Below, one piece after another: positions 61,670-64,000 of a DNA stretch of 64,000 bases. The position numbers and the translations under genes were made by a program. How positions within the stretch are numbered: the first letter of the stretch is position 1; every line of letters starts with the position of its first letter. This DNA is from Scyliorhinus canicula (lineage: Eukaryota), in contig NC_052151.1 in assembly GCF_902713615.1 (NCBI RefSeq), positions 205,191,974 through 205,255,973 on the forward strand, in the 5' to 3' direction. The notes under the pieces are model-generated. The model searched no databases, was not told where the DNA came from, and worked only from the letters and a program-made list of their open reading frames with translations.

Positions 61670-62998
61670 ATTTATTGGAGAGAATTCTCAAGGACATAAT
61701 TTATACCTATTTGGAAAAAAATGGACTCATCAGCGATAGATAGCATGGTTTTGTGAAGGGGAGGTCGTGCCTCACTAACTTGATTGAGTTTTTTGAGGAG
61801 GTGACAAAGGTGATTGATGAGAGAAGGGCGGTGGATGTTGTTTACTTGGACTTCAGTAAAGACTTTGACAAGATGGCTCAGGGCAAACTGGCACAAAATA
61901 TGAAGTCACACGGGATAGAGGTGTGGTGGTAAGATGGATAGAGAACTGGCTCAGTCACAGAAGGCAAAGGGTAGCAGTAGAAGGGTGTTTTTCGGAATGG
62001 AAGGTTGTGACTAGTGGTGTTTCACGGGGATCTGTGTTTGGGCCTCTGTTCTTTGTAGTATACATAAACGATTTGGATAAAAACATAGATGGTCTCATTA
62101 AGTAAGTTTGAGGATGACACCAAGTTGGTGGAGTGGCAGATAGTGTTGAAGTAGTCAGAGGATACAGCAAGACATAGATAGAAACTTGGGCAGAGAAATG
62201 ACAAATGCAGTTTAATCCAGACAAATGTGAGGTAATGCATTTTGGTATGTCTAACATAGAGGGGAAATATACCATAAATGGTAAAATTCTTAGGAATATA
62301 GAAAGTCAGAGAGATCTGGGCGTGCAGGACCACCGATCTTGAAAGTGGCAAAACAAGTGGACAAGGTAGTCAAGAAGGCATACGCAATGCATGGCTTCAT
62401 TCCACGGTGCATCGAGTGTAAAAAACTGGCAAGTCATGTTTCAGTTGTATAGAATCTTGGTAAGACGGCACTTGGAATATTGAGCACACCCAGAAGGATA
62501 TGGAGGCTTTGGAGAGGGTGAGAGGAGGTTGACCAGGACGTTGCCTAGTCAGGATAGTGTTAGCTATGCAGTGAGGCTGAATAGATTTGGACTGTTTTCA
62601 TTAGAATGACAGAGGTTGAGGGGTGACCTTATAGAGGTCGACAGGATTATGAGGAGCATGGATAGAGTGGATGGGCAGGCACTCTTTCCCAGGGTGGAGG
62701 GATCAGTCACCAGGGGGCTAGGTTTAATGTCTGTGGGGCATAGTTTAGAGGAAATGTGCGAGGCAGGTTTTTTAAAACAGAGAGTGGTGAGTTCCTGGAA
62801 CGCGTTGCCATGGGAGGTTGTGGAAGCAGATACGTTAGTGGCGTTCAGAAGGCATCTTGACAAATACATGGAAAGAATGGGTATAGAGGGATATGGCATA
62901 AGGATGTGCTGAGGGTTTTGGCCAAGGTTGGCATCATGACTGATACAGGCTTGGAGGTCCGATGGGCCTGTTCCTGTGCTGCATTGTTCATCATTCTT
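61670..62998 (+). mobile_element. CR1 LINE RT/3' part
   Basis: VRWIENWL, GSVFGPLFFVVYINDLD, RGDLIEV, RVVSSWNALP. Confidence 0.85.
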
Positions 62999-63419
62999 TT
63001 TTCATCTAGGATTTTGTATCGTGGACTGACCTACTCGGTTTTGCCATTGCCATTCTGAATGCACTGAAGTAGAAACCTGTCCTTTGTTTAGTAACTGTAG
63101 CTAATGACTAACTTTGTGCAAGTTGCCTTTCCCAGCTGGGACCAGATTGTTCTATAAAGGGGGCACTGAGGGAACTCATACACATTCCAGTAGGAACTGC
63201 AAAGAAGATCAGGAGGTGAAGGTTCTTCGAAATAATGGAATGGCCGAAATTTCTACAGTTTAAGGATATTTACTATCCTGTGCTGGTAACCATTGGTAGT
63301 CCCCGTAAATCAGAATATCCTTCTGTATAACAGCTGTTGAATATTTCAGTGTTAACGATTATGGAACAGAACAAGAATCTCAACATTGCGTATCCATTTT
63401 CTAGTGCATTAACATTAGT

Positions 63420-63730
63420 GAATCATAGAATTTCCAGTGGAGACGGAGGTTATTCGGTCCATCGAGTCTGCACCGGCCCTTGGAAAGAGCACCCTGCTTA
63501 ATCCTATCCCTGTAATCCTGTAACTCCACCTAACCTTTTGAGCACTAAGGGACAATTTAGTATGGTCCATCGAACCTGCCCATCTTTGGACTGTGGAAGG
63601 ACACCAGAGAACCCGGAGGAAACCCATGCAGACACAGGGAGAAAGCGAAAACTCCACACAGTCACCCGAGGCCGGAATTGAACCCGGGTCCCGAGAGCTG
63701 TGAGGCAGCAGTGCTAATGACCGTGCCACG
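63420..63730 (-). mobile_element. V-SINE, tail A
   Basis: Head, V-domain, tail. Confidence 0.8.
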
Positions 63731-64000
63731 GACTAAATGTAGAATTTCATCACTTGCTCCACTGGGCATGAGTAATAACGCAGAAAATAGGGTTGGTGAA
63801 TCATATTGTACAAATGTAATGACGTAGTTTCAGCGCTTAGCACATAAAAATAGGGACTGAGAAATATGTGAGAGAATTCGGTTGATACTGCCGAAAATCA
63901 ACCCGTTGTAGAATCATCCAAGATTTACTTTCAGAGTTTTTTTGTAGCTGCACTCTTCATGTTTGGTACTCACATTGTATCATTGCTTCTTCACTCGCCC

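Overview
Repeat-rich vertebrate genomic DNA, most likely from a cartilaginous fish (shark), judged from HE1/V-SINE, Deu-SINE, CR1 and shark-type Penelope repeats. Host genes: a dispersed cluster of tandem C2H2 zinc-finger genes with no visible KRAB/BTB/SCAN domain. Two ORFs look intact (1646-2431 +, 16114-17040 -), one is truncated to 6 fingers with a long decayed tail (45919-46422 +), and one is a relic (~11280-11900 -). Three candidate CpG-rich promoters carry NRF1/YY1/CCAAT/GC-box motifs. Four decayed tRNA genes are present (Thr-AGT, Asp-GTC, Glu, Leu-CAG-type). Most of the rest is nested mobile DNA: five L1-clade LINEs (one near full length, with tandem 5' monomers and a hAT MITE inside ORF1), many CR1/L2/RTE fragments, more than 25 tRNA-derived SINE copies or fragments with interchangeable tails, a 935-bp solo LTR, and Penelope-like inverted repeats carrying minimal hammerhead-ribozyme motifs. 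Most ORFs in the supplied track are spurious readings of these repeats. Repeat boundaries are approximate unless fixed by a TSD. No wholly new multi-gene system is demonstrable from sequence alone.
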